Source: Bdellovibrionota bacterium
Lineage (GTDB): Bacteria; Bdellovibrionota; UBA1018; CAIPTA01; JAALKR01
Assembly: GCA_965207455.1 (NCBI GenBank)
Contig: CBDBMJ010000001.1
Location: 800,001 to 864,000, forward strand
Direction: 5' to 3'
DNA length: 64,000 nucleotides
The position numbers and the translations under genes are program-made. Below the pieces are notes generated by a model that was given only the letters and a program-made list of their open reading frames with translations, was not told the DNA's origin and did not search any database. Positions 53,949-64,000 of the stretch are shown one piece after another (within the stretch, counting starts at the first letter, position 1; the number at the start of each line of letters is the position of its first letter).

Positions 53949-53972
53949 ATATATAATGTTATCATAATAATA

Positions 53973-54659
53973 ATGAAAAAATATCTATACACTATATTTC
54001 TATTGCTAATAACTAATGAAATACACGCAAAACCATCATTTTCTGTATCTTTTGGAGGAAGTCAGAATCATATATCTTTTGGAAGCAAAATAAACGATTT
54101 TCATAAAGATACATATAGTGCCATAACTTTATTTACCAATTTAAATGTAAATTTATATAAAATAAAAAACATTACTTTATCTGCCAACGGAGGAATAACC
54201 TCTTACAATTATCCTGAAGATTTAAATGAATTATCCGGTAAGTCAAAGTTCATAATCCCTAATTTTTCTGCTCAAATAGATTTCAAAATACAGTTTATTA
54301 AATGCAGTTTTATATTAGGTAAGACATCCGTAATATCCTCAAGTATGAGTAGAGAAAATAAAGTTTCACTTAATGGAAATAGTGTAAATTTCATTGAGCC
54401 TAAAGCATACATTGAGGTATATAAATTGTACAAACTCAATATCAATTTAAATATTAGTTATCAATTATTATCCGCATATTCCCAAACATCAGGAGCAGGC
54501 AATAAATTTTCAATGGAGCTGGATATTTTTACAAAGAAAAATAAGAAAAGAAAATCATCATTCTCTATTTTTTGGAAAACACAAGAATATTCCACAGAAG
54601 GATTTCAAGAAAAAACTAAAATTATTGGCTCTCGGATTAAATGGAACTTGAGTTTATAA
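53973..54659 (+). CDS. Hypothetical exported, beta-strand-rich protein
   Basis: Signal peptide ending IHA and amphipathic strands. Opposite strand, between tpsA and tpsB. Confidence 0.55.
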   Translation: MKKYLYTIFLLLITNEIHAKPSFSVSFGGSQNHISFGSKINDFHKDTYSAITLFTNLNVNLYKIKNITLSANGGITSYNYPEDLNELSGKSKFIIPNFSAQIDFKIQFIKCSFILGKTSVISSSMSRENKVSLNGNSVNFIEPKAYIEVYKLYKLNINLNISYQLLSAYSQTSGAGNKFSMELDIFTKKNKKRKSSFSIFWKTQEYSTEGFQEKTKIIGSRIKWNLSL

Positions 54660-54664
54660 ATTAT

Positions 54665-57600
54665 TTAATTTTCATCATCATTAAATATGGTGTTTTCAAT
54701 ATCAATAATATCAGATAATCCTCCATCAAAAACAATGGAATTGAAACTGTCATCAGCTAATATTTTATCCGATAAACTTTTATTTTCATCATCATCTGAT
54801 GCTATGCTTCTGTTTATTCCGTTAAAATCTTCACTATCCCATGGAGTAAAACTAAAATCTTTCTTACGATTATCTCTGTTTCTATTTGTATAACTAAGTA
54901 GACTTCCTTCTTCAATACTGCTGGATAAAATTTCTGGTGTTTCTGTATAACCCTGCAGCCCTTCTGCATCTACTAAAATACGCTGCCCAACCTCTACAAC
55001 ATTATCATTTTTCCCAATAAAATGAGTATTTATTCTAAGTCCCGTTTGATTATAATATAAAATAAATGCATCTGTACTAAAGCTAGTTTGATTTAAATCA
55101 AATCTAAATTGATATTCAGGAGCATATAATTGGATAAAACGATCTCTTAAGCTTGTATCTTGATTGTTCATATACATAGTAGCTCGTCCTGCTACTAAAT
55201 CTATATAATGAGAAATATATCCATCTATAATTCTAAAATATTGACTAGAAACTGAAATTTCAGCTATACTTGCCCGTAGTTGAGTAAACTCCAGTTTACT
55301 ATTAATATTAGCATTTTTAATCTTTAATGAATTCCCCACACTACCATTATTTCCAGTAGAATTAATTGTAAATGTTTCATTGCTATTTTTCTGTGATAGA
55401 TTATTTATATGAATGTCATTTGCATCTAAGTTTAAAGACTCTTTAATAGAAGCAGAACCTATACTGATGTATCCCACAGAATCAATATCTGCTTTTTCAG
55501 CAATCATAGTACCTATACCTACAGAACCATTTCTGATATCTAATATCACTTCGTTTTCTGCTGAAAGTCTCCCAACTTCTAAATCTCCATCTAATTTTCT
55601 TAAATATAAATTATTAGAAGATATATTTGAAAATGAAGCATCAGTGACTATTTCATAATAATTATTTGAGTATCCAATATCACCATTGTCTACCTGCAAA
55701 GATATAGAATTTGCATCAAAATTTATATTAGATCCGCTTAGATAAGTATAAGCACGAAGGCTAATATTTTCTCCATATAAAAGATTTCCATTAGCAATAT
55801 AACTATTTAAGCTATGAACCACAATATTTCCTCGATTAATTGTTATAAGACTTTCCAAATCTATATAATCTTGAGCTATGATTGTAATATTTTTCCCATA
55901 TATAGTATTTCCTGCTAATTGATTGAAATAACCTTCTGAAATTAAACGGATATCTGCATTAGGAGCATAAATAGATTCTCCTATTTCTAAATTTCCGCCA
56001 TCTCTAGCTTCAAGTTCCAAAGAATCTCCAGTAGCTGAAACTCCAACTCCAGCAGAAAGTATATTGATGTCACCTTGAGAAGAAATTCTAGAAGAACCCT
56101 TTAAGACAATTTCACTAATATTCAAAGAACTGTCATTATTAATGTTTACATCTCCATTGACACTGCGAATTTTAATTTGATTAATATGAGTTTCTAACCC
56201 ATTCATATTCCCAATACCTTCATCTCCAGATATATAAGCTAGAGCATTATCCCCCATAAGTGAAATATCTATATCACTATCTCCTCCATCTATTATTTCA
56301 CCTCCTGCATTCAAATTAAATGCATTTTCTTCATCAGCACTTGTACTTATACTTCCTATTTGAATATCTCCTGTGGCTCTAATATCTAGCAACCCTGTGC
56401 TAGATACTATAGTACTACCATCTTCCATTATAATAGAGTATTTTTCACTTTCACCGGCAGAACCTGCAGAAAGAGTTATATTTGATGAACTATTTATTAA
56501 TTTTCCTAAAGAAGAAAAATTTATATCACCATTAATAGATTTTAAATTGATTATTTCATCGGTAGATATTATTCCTTGGACAGAAATTCCTGCCATGGAA
56601 TCTAGAATTATATCATCTGTTGCCGTTATGGATTGAATATTTAAAATCCTACTTGGGCTATATAAGTAAACACCCCCACTAGACGCAATAGCTGTTAAAT
56701 TTCCATTTGCATTTAATCCTATATCTAAAGCTTCGTTATTTCCATTAGAGCCACCTATTTCTCCTCCAGCATTCAAATAAAGATCTTTTGAACGAATATC
56801 AAGATCCTCATCTTCATAATAATCCAGAATAGAACCATCTGCAGTAAGATAGATAGAATTTTCTGAAAATAAAGTATCTACCCTCATATCACCAGAATTT
56901 TCAATTATATAAATATTATTTCTAGCTCGTGCTGTGATTTTATTATTTGCATCTTGTTCTATTAAAATAGGATTAGCTTGAGTTCCAATAGAACCATTAC
57001 CAGCCTCAAGAATTAAATTTACACCATTAAAAATAGGAGTATTTAATGGCGCGCTGCTGTAAATACTGCCTGAAACCTCCACTCTAATTTGTTCTGTACT
57101 AGAAGCTCCTATTATATTTACATCTTCCTCTGACCCTAAAAATATATGACCATTTGCTGTTAAATCAATTGTTCCAGTGGCATCAATATCAATATCTTCT
57201 TTTCTGGCAATTCGTAATTCTGTGCTTGTAATAGTTAAATCATCACGCTCTGCAGAGGCCAATGCAATTCTCTCATCATCATTTAAGAGAACAGAATTCG
57301 ATTCAGAAAATGTAATTATTAAGTCATTTAGAGTACTTCCAATTTGCCCTGCAGCAGTAATTTTAACATTTCTGCCAGAGAAATTTGATGTTTCAATTCT
57401 AACTTGTGTATCCGATGTTTCAATAAGTAATCCAGCAGATATACCACTATTGAGTTCTTTCTCTGTCCAAGAAGCCCCTTCTTTCAACATTGCTTCATCT
57501 TCAATATTCATAGTATAAGTAAAATTAGGATCATAATTAGTGCTGCCAAAATATTCATGAGATTCATGAAATTTTTCAGTTAATGTATTCTCATAATTTC

Positions 57601-60600
57601 TTATATTTTCATCGTTCCAATTATTTTGTTCTTTTAATAATATTTTATCTTGATTACTTAATTCAATTATCTTATTAACATCATAAGATTCTGAAGTGTA
57701 TGTAACTATGCCAATATCATTTCTCACTTCTTGTAAATTTCTATTATTCCAATAATTTTTATATTCACGTTTCTTTTCTGATTTAAAAATTTCTAATGAT
57801 TCATCTCCACTATTTTCTGCATTAGAACCTGTCAGCCTAAGATCATCATAAATATTTAATAATTTACTTCTAGCAATAACATCTTGTTGTTCCTCTGTAT
57901 TTCCATCTAAAACTAATCCAGAAGATTTTACGTTTATATCACCTCCATGAGAAATAATTCTATCCACTAATAGATCCCCATCAAACTCACTTATATGTAT
58001 ATCACCAGCAGCTTCTATATAAACGCTTCCAGTAACACTATCTGAATTTATAGACAAAGGATTCAATGCAGCGCCAACTCCAGAATTTCTAGAATAAATT
58101 TTAATTGAATTTCCTATTATTGCTTCTGTAGATGAAGATTGAATTAAACCATCAGCTTTTAGAAATACATCTCCATTTTCAGAAGAAATTTGATTAAAGT
58201 TAAGATTTCCAATAGACGCATTAATATGAATATCTTTTTCTGCACTAGCTGAAAAAATGTAAAAATCTTCTTGTTCTAATATAATGTTTTTCCCTAAGCC
58301 ACCTATAGATCCGTTTCCAGCTATTAGTGATAAAGATTCTCCATTTATAGATGCTAAATCAGTGCCACTCAATATATCTCCATTTATAGACTCTATACTT
58401 GTATTTCCTTTTAAATTACGAATTGAGGAATTTAATATAATACTTCCTTGAGAACTAACTGAGATATCTCCAGTGTCATATCCAGTAAATTCAATGCTTA
58501 TATTATGACTTGCTTTTACATTATGTTCATAATAATTCCTATATCCTTCATCATATTCCTGTTTTGTTGTATATCTTGTTTTCACACAAACAATAAACCA
58601 AGCTACACACTTAGACGTTGTGATTTGATTTCTTAATTTTCTACTTGCTTGCTCTCTTGTGAACTGATAACTATAATCATTTGAATTAATTTCTGTGGAT
58701 ACATAACCACCATTAATCAATTCACTACTAGTCAAAGAAATCGTTTCTCTGGAAATCTCTGTTCCAAGATCAGTACTACCAAAAGGAATAAATAAAAATT
58801 TCGCTCGTTCTACAGCATGCGTAATTATTTCTCTTGAGCCTTCATTTTGCCCATTTACCCAATAATAACGCTGATCAGATTTAGGAGTATATGAAGATGT
58901 CCGACTATTTGTTTGGCTAATTATATTATTTGGATTGCCATTGCTGTCTAAAGTAGTATTATCTTTTACAGTTAAAACACTACCAAGTCGACTATATGTT
59001 TTAGTATAAGAACTTCCATTAAAACCTGTTCGAGAGGTATCAATAATAGAAATTTTACCCTCAATATCATCTCCTAAATCCAATCGACCTAACGAAATCG
59101 TTTTATTTGTTTCATTATTAATTAAAAATCTACCATAACCATCAACTGCTTGTATTATCCCATTTCCAGTACTAATAATTTTTCCAGTAAGCTGGACTAA
59201 TCCACCACGAACTCCAGCAGCAATCAGTTCTATCTGATCTGTTTTAAAATTAATCCTTGTTCGAAATTTATCAACATTTTCACCAGAGCTACTTATAGTA
59301 TAATATTGCAAATCAGGAGAACTATTTCCAGATTGTACAGCCTGATTATATAAGTTTCGCGCATTCTGAACATTTGAATTATTAATCATCGAATTTGTTA
59401 TTGTAATGGACCGATCTGGATTTCCACTTTTTATTCGACCATTTATATTTAATATCTCAGCAGTAATAAAAACATTATTTCCCGCAATTATAGATGATTC
59501 TGCCTCTGGAAGTGCGGCACTTCCATCATACATATATTCTGCATCATTTCTATTTGTATTTGTATAAGTATTTCTATTATCAAAGGATTCTAGTTCTTTT
59601 TGATCAGCAATAGTTCCAAACTGAGAACTAGGATCTCCACCAATATTATAAATGCCTGAAATATAATTTTGAATAAAATCTTCTCCAGTAGATAGAGTAA
59701 TAGAATCTGCAAATATACTAGATGAAGACACGATGCTCCCAGAACGATTTGTAATATTTACAGATCCCCCATGATTACTAATAACATCTCTTAACTGGAC
59801 TTCTGGATTTAATAAATCAGGAAGATTCATTATATTATATCGAGAATCATCCACATCAAAATTATTTATTATAGAAATAGATGGATCTGAACTATTTGTG
59901 TTATCAGTAATTAAAAAATTTGCTTGTTCTATTTTTTCTTTATTTCTGGAATTAATAGATTGATTATCTCTAACTCGAATATTATTTAAAATAATTCTTC
60001 CACCAGTACGGTTAGTGATATTGAGTTTATTCAATCTAAGAAAACTTGGAGAATCATTGGTAATACTGATTGTTGCATCTCCAGGAGCATAAAGTGTTCC
60101 TGTTCCAGTAAAATTATCTCCATATAATCTAATATCTCCATTTTGTGCATAAATATCATCTAACTCTATTACTTGAACGATTGTACTTTTTTCAATAGAA
60201 CCAAGTTGAGTTTCTAGCCTTGAAATTTCAGAATCCAATGTTGCCTTTATCTCTGGAGCTCCATCATATGCTGCTCTTAATTTCTTCAAACGAAAAATTT
60301 CATTAGATATTTCTTGAGTAAGAGGAACATTTCCTTTAAATGTCCACTTAATATTTTCACTTTGACTGCTGGAGTTGATATTTCTAATAAATATTTTATC
60401 TTCAGAGCTATTTACATCAAATACTTCCACATTTCCATTAATCTCATTTTTAGCTACAAAATAATGAATTAAATTTCCACTAGATTTTCCATAAGCATGG
60501 AAATCGCTACCAAAATTAACATATTGACTATTTTGTATTCCAGATCGAATATTTCCATTTATTTTTACACTAGAGTTAGAATTATCTATAGCTCTTCCTG

Positions 60601-63600
60601 ACCGAATAAAAAGAGCAGAACCATCCGATATACCTAAAAAGTTAGCAATATCAGACAATGCCTCACTATATAGATCTTTTCCTTCTCCATAACCATGGGA
60701 TACATGCGCTCCATTCTCAGCTCTCAAAATCACATCACCTACACTAAGAACCGCAGCATCATCATTGATAATTACTTCATTTTCTTGTTCAATTGCAGAA
60801 TTAGCATCAGGACTTGTGGATATGGGGAAAACTGTCTTATTCCAAATCCTAGTTTCTGCATCAGAAATCAAATTATTAGACAGACCTCCATCATGCCCTG
60901 CCATAACAAATATATCTCCATCAGAGCGAACTTTTGAGTTATTATCTAAAATGGTATTATTTAAAATAGAAACATTTGCATTAGATATGCCACTTCCTGC
61001 TCCAGCTAAACCAAAAGTTTTTATATACGTTACTGCTGAAATATCAGCTAATGTTCGAGAACCAATGGATACATCTCCCACAGAATCTAACGAAGAAAAT
61101 CTTTCTATATTAATAGTATTACTAGCATTATAATTAATATTAGTTTCAGCTAAAGCGACAGCTATAGCTCCTCCAGCTTCTAATTTACCCTTATCTTTAA
61201 TATTTCCTTCATTTATTGCACGTATATTAAATTCACCTGGATCAGTCCTATCTCCAATTACTTTTATTGAAGAATTTTCTCCAATATTGATTCCAGTATC
61301 ATGAGTGATGTTAGTTATACTTGAAGCAGCCGCTGCATTCCAAACACCACCAGAGCCACCATACAAATTCCCATCGGTAAATATATTTTTTTCTGCCTCA
61401 TTTTTTGCTATTACATTAAAGGAGCGGGCCTCTATTGTATTATAATTACCCATATCAGCAGAAATATTCGATCGAATTGTACTATTTACACGGGATCCAC
61501 TGGCGCCTACTACAGAGGCACGATAGCTATTAGATTTAGAGTCAAAAACCAATTTCCTGCTGACATTAATAGATACAGAGCCACTCTTGATATTGCTATA
61601 ACTGCTAGCCGTGCCATCTAATATACGAATATGGGTATTAGCATTAGAATCTATATCAGAGCTGGAAGCCACAAGAGCACCCAAAGCACCTGCACCAGAA
61701 GTAGAGTCCGATACTAATCTATTCTCTCCCCTAGCATTCAGCCCAAAAGCATTGATGGCATTTATTGTATTATTTCTACCAAGTTCCACTAAAGATGAAG
61801 AATTCAATACAACTTTAGATTTATTAAAGCCAATAGCTAAAAGCCCCCCCACACTCACTCCTAATACCTCACTAGAAACTGTGCTTAAATCGCTTGCTTC
61901 CAATACAATATCATTCCCAGAGTTAAATATATTATTTGCTCCTGTCTTAGCTTGAACCACAGAATTGGATTGAGCTAAAGAATCTGTAGCACCCAAACCT
62001 ATGGAAATCCCTCCTGTGGCTCCCGTTACATAACTGGAAGCACTGGAGTCGCTAGATGGTTTATTTATTAAACTAAATAGTGTAATATCATTTCCAGCAT
62101 CAATACGAACATTGTCCCCTACTTCCACTGAACTAGTAGTAGATAATATTGATTCAGAAGTATTAAGACCAACGCTTGATCCTCCAGACACATTTACTCC
62201 AAATGTTTTTGTTAAAATTTTTGGATTAATATTGGATAGGATTTGAACATTATTATTTGCCTGTATAGTTGAGTTGTTGTTTATTTTTGAAATATTAATA
62301 GATCTATCTACTGCTTTAGATATGCCACCACTAATAGCACTGCCTATTCCTGCAGCGCCTATAGTAGAACTACTATCTATTATCATATTAGATTCTGTCT
62401 TTACTGTCACATTTTCAAATGAATTCTCTTGTGTTCCCACTGTATTTCCAACACCTAAGTAAGCCTGAGTGCCTCCAGATACTTCTATAGTGCTGATAGA
62501 TACCCCTGCAGAAAAAATTCCAGACACTCCTCCTAAACTGCTAGCATAAATATCAGCAGTTCTCCCAGCTTGAACATTTAATTGTTCTCCAAATAAAATA
62601 TTATCTCTACCTGTATATGCTAATGATGTGCTTTGTTGTTTTAAAATAGCTAAACTACCAGCAAACCCCAATAAACCTGCACTACCACCAATAGATTCAA
62701 CACCACTTTTATCACTATCTATTTTTTCTAAATCTGCACTAATAGTTAGAGAACCACCTGAAGATAAAGTAACATTTTCATTGCTAAAAGCTTGTACTGT
62801 GGTATTGGAAATTCCCACAGCAAACCAACCACCAATTGCACTAGAACCAATAGTGGCTCCACCAGCAGTCAACTTCATTTCACTAATGTCTTTGGATATA
62901 ATAGAAATATCTCCAACGGCTATAATGGAAGAATTACTTCCAATATAAGCACTTGTTTTATCTAAAGAATCTGTGGAACTCATATTTAAATAATTGTCTA
63001 AACCATCTGTATTATTCAACGCACTGGTATTTTCTTTTTCTGACCGTCTTCGTGAATTAGCATAATCCCCTTTTTCACCACTGCTGTGGCTTGAAATATG
63101 ATCAGAAGACAATTGAGAGCTCAAACTATTAATTACACTATTATTATCCCCCCCAAGCTGTTCTTTTCCATCATTACCTAGTTCAGATCCCACAGAAGCC
63201 AATACTAAAGAACCAGCATATCCAACACCCAAACCACCAGCACCTGCTATACTTATCATTTCAATATCTCGACTAGAAGTGGCTCCTATATCAACATCTC
63301 TTCCAGCATAAATATTTGTATCTTCTGCTACATAAGATTCAACTGTATTGCGAACAATTACTGTGTTTATACTAGCTCCAGCACTAGCTATTCCAGAAAT
63401 AGCACCAGCACCAGCAATACTATTTACATAAACAGCATCATTTGCATTAACCTTAACATCTTGCTCATTAGTTTTATAACTTTCAGTCTGGTTAATCCTT
63501 GTTCCTCTTCCAATATAGGATTTAACATTGGAGTTAGATACTTTTATGCTAAAAGCTCCAGCTAATGCAAACTTTTCAGCCACAGAACCAGCAACAACTC

Positions 63601-64000
63601 TATCATCAAAATTTGCTACAGAAATTGCATCGATGTTTATAATACCAGAAGAATCTGCATCCACATTATTTCCAATATAAGCATTTACATTACTTTTTAT
63701 AATATCTATACTCATACTGGCACCAACAGCAAGCTCTTTACTAATACCAACTCTACCTGTTGTTTTATTGATACTGGCATTATCTGTTGCTAAAATATTT
63801 AGATCACCACTTGTTTTTATATTAGTATTATCAAGAATTTTTGCATCCACATTGTTCACTATCACACTACCTGCAATAGACCCTCCTATGGCAGTTCCAG
63901 AAGATATTCCTCCATCTATTGCTCCTATAATTAAATTTTCTTCAGATTCTGATTTTACAGACACCGTATTTGAAGATTTTACATTTCCACCAATTTCAGA
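54665..64000 (-). CDS. Giant filamentous-haemagglutinin/LktA-like exoprotein (TpsA), 5' end outside window
   Basis: >3100 codons open to the window edge. Gly/Ser/Asn/Ile-rich beta-helix repeats (AGG..GVG.AGS, A.IG). Upstream of TpsB. Confidence 0.85.
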   Translation of the reverse strand, partial: SEIGGNVKSSNTVSVKSESEENLIIGAIDGGISSGTAIGGSIAGSVIVNNVDAKILDNTNIKTSGDLNILATDNASINKTTGRVGISKELAVGASMSIDIIKSNVNAYIGNNVDADSSGIINIDAISVANFDDRVVAGSVAEKFALAGAFSIKVSNSNVKSYIGRGTRINQTESYKTNEQDVKVNANDAVYVNSIAGAGAISGIASAGASINTVIVRNTVESYVAEDTNIYAGRDVDIGATSSRDIEMISIAGAGGLGVGYAGSLVLASVGSELGNDGKEQLGGDNNSVINSLSSQLSSDHISSHSSGEKGDYANSRRRSEKENTSALNNTDGLDNYLNMSSTDSLDKTSAYIGSNSSIIAVGDISIISKDISEMKLTAGGATIGSSAIGGWFAVGISNTTVQAFSNENVTLSSGGSLTISADLEKIDSDKSGVESIGGSAGLLGFAGSLAILKQQSTSLAYTGRDNILFGEQLNVQAGRTADIYASSLGGVSGIFSAGVSISTIEVSGGTQAYLGVGNTVGTQENSFENVTVKTESNMIIDSSSTIGAAGIGSAISGGISKAVDRSINISKINNNSTIQANNNVQILSNINPKILTKTFGVNVSGGSSVGLNTSESILSTTSSVEVGDNVRIDAGNDITLFSLINKPSSDSSASSYVTGATGGISIGLGATDSLAQSNSVVQAKTGANNIFNSGNDIVLEASDLSTVSSEVLGVSVGGLLAIGFNKSKVVLNSSSLVELGRNNTINAINAFGLNARGENRLVSDSTSGAGALGALVASSSDIDSNANTHIRILDGTASSYSNIKSGSVSINVSRKLVFDSKSNSYRASVVGASGSRVNSTIRSNISADMGNYNTIEARSFNVIAKNEAEKNIFTDGNLYGGSGGVWNAAAASSITNITHDTGINIGENSSIKVIGDRTDPGEFNIRAINEGNIKDKGKLEAGGAIAVALAETNINYNASNTINIERFSSLDSVGDVSIGSRTLADISAVTYIKTFGLAGAGSGISNANVSILNNTILDNNSKVRSDGDIFVMAGHDGGLSNNLISDAETRIWNKTVFPISTSPDANSAIEQENEVIINDDAAVLSVGDVILRAENGAHVSHGYGEGKDLYSEALSDIANFLGISDGSALFIRSGRAIDNSNSSVKINGNIRSGIQNSQYVNFGSDFHAYGKSSGNLIHYFVAKNEINGNVEVFDVNSSEDKIFIRNINSSSQSENIKWTFKGNVPLTQEISNEIFRLKKLRAAYDGAPEIKATLDSEISRLETQLGSIEKSTIVQVIELDDIYAQNGDIRLYGDNFTGTGTLYAPGDATISITNDSPSFLRLNKLNITNRTGGRIILNNIRVRDNQSINSRNKEKIEQANFLITDNTNSSDPSISIINNFDVDDSRYNIMNLPDLLNPEVQLRDVISNHGGSVNITNRSGSIVSSSSIFADSITLSTGEDFIQNYISGIYNIGGDPSSQFGTIADQKELESFDNRNTYTNTNRNDAEYMYDGSAALPEAESSIIAGNNVFITAEILNINGRIKSGNPDRSITITNSMINNSNVQNARNLYNQAVQSGNSSPDLQYYTISSSGENVDKFRTRINFKTDQIELIAAGVRGGLVQLTGKIISTGNGIIQAVDGYGRFLINNETNKTISLGRLDLGDDIEGKISIIDTSRTGFNGSSYTKTYSRLGSVLTVKDNTTLDSNGNPNNIISQTNSRTSSYTPKSDQRYYWVNGQNEGSREIITHAVERAKFLFIPFGSTDLGTEISRETISLTSSELINGGYVSTEINSNDYSYQFTREQASRKLRNQITTSKCVAWFIVCVKTRYTTKQEYDEGYRNYYEHNVKASHNISIEFTGYDTGDISVSSQGSIILNSSIRNLKGNTSIESINGDILSGTDLASINGESLSLIAGNGSIGGLGKNIILEQEDFYIFSASAEKDIHINASIGNLNFNQISSENGDVFLKADGLIQSSSTEAIIGNSIKIYSRNSGVGAALNPLSINSDSVTGSVYIEAAGDIHISEFDGDLLVDRIISHGGDINVKSSGLVLDGNTEEQQDVIARSKLLNIYDDLRLTGSNAENSGDESLEIFKSEKKREYKNYWNNRNLQEVRNDIGIVTYTSESYDVNKIIELSNQDKILLKEQNNWNDENIRNYENTLTEKFHESHEYFGSTNYDPNFTYTMNIEDEAMLKEGASWTEKELNSGISAGLLIETSDTQVRIETSNFSGRNVKITAAGQIGSTLNDLIITFSESNSVLLNDDERIALASAERDDLTITSTELRIARKEDIDIDATGTIDLTANGHIFLGSEEDVNIIGASSTEQIRVEVSGSIYSSAPLNTPIFNGVNLILEAGNGSIGTQANPILIEQDANNKITARARNNIYIIENSGDMRVDTLFSENSIYLTADGSILDYYEDEDLDIRSKDLYLNAGGEIGGSNGNNEALDIGLNANGNLTAIASSGGVYLYSPSRILNIQSITATDDIILDSMAGISVQGIISTDEIINLKSINGDINFSSLGKLINSSSNITLSAGSAGESEKYSIIMEDGSTIVSSTGLLDIRATGDIQIGSISTSADEENAFNLNAGGEIIDGGDSDIDISLMGDNALAYISGDEGIGNMNGLETHINQIKIRSVNGDVNINNDSSLNISEIVLKGSSRISSQGDINILSAGVGVSATGDSLELEARDGGNLEIGESIYAPNADIRLISEGYFNQLAGNTIYGKNITIIAQDYIDLESLITINRGNIVVHSLNSYIANGNLLYGENISLRAYTYLSGSNINFDANSISLQVDNGDIGYSNNYYEIVTDASFSNISSNNLYLRKLDGDLEVGRLSAENEVILDIRNGSVGIGTMIAEKADIDSVGYISIGSASIKESLNLDANDIHINNLSQKNSNETFTINSTGNNGSVGNSLKIKNANINSKLEFTQLRASIAEISVSSQYFRIIDGYISHYIDLVAGRATMYMNNQDTSLRDRFIQLYAPEYQFRFDLNQTSFSTDAFILYYNQTGLRINTHFIGKNDNVVEVGQRILVDAEGLQGYTETPEILSSSIEEGSLLSYTNRNRDNRKKDFSFTPWDSEDFNGINRSIASDDDENKSLSDKILADDSFNSIVFDGGLSDIIDIENTIFNDDEN

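Noticed and set aside
54687..62948. Antisense ORFs within the giant exoprotein (and similar ones within other long genes)
   Set aside because: Shadow frames produced by codon bias, with no independent signals.

Overview
A 64-kb bacterial chromosomal segment, probably Bdellovibrionota-like (inferred from the short tmRNA tag GNNLAIAA and the gene content). Bases 1 to about 16,500 form an AT-rich defence/accessory island at the 3' side of tmRNA (ssrA). It holds a type I R-M locus with an embedded PrrC anticodon nuclease whose Walker A is mutated, and a truncated ISL3 abutting an IS66. It also holds a HEPN-motif gene plus a PHP-ATPase (Ppl/TrlF-like) gene with an IS1634 inserted in their probable promoter, and an ~814-bp tandem array. 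The array encodes two paralogous secreted Cys-rich miniproteins and a cryptic, decaying second peptide family. The rest is mostly core genome: a frameshifted CHASE2 cyclase, lipase, lolC/E, fadI-fadJ, an OMP, pruA, rarA, dppABCDF, two hybrid kinases, tadA, gpmA and ettA. Unusual modules there are an RCC1 + Cys-rich-repeat secreted protein, a 2-aminophenol-dioxygenase-like pair coupled to an asparaginase-II homologue with replaced Zn ligands, an amidohydrolase-queD-adenine deaminase operon, and a two-partner secretion locus whose giant exoprotein runs off the window end. No CRISPR array, rRNA or tRNA was seen. All calls come from motif recognition by eye; no database searches were run.
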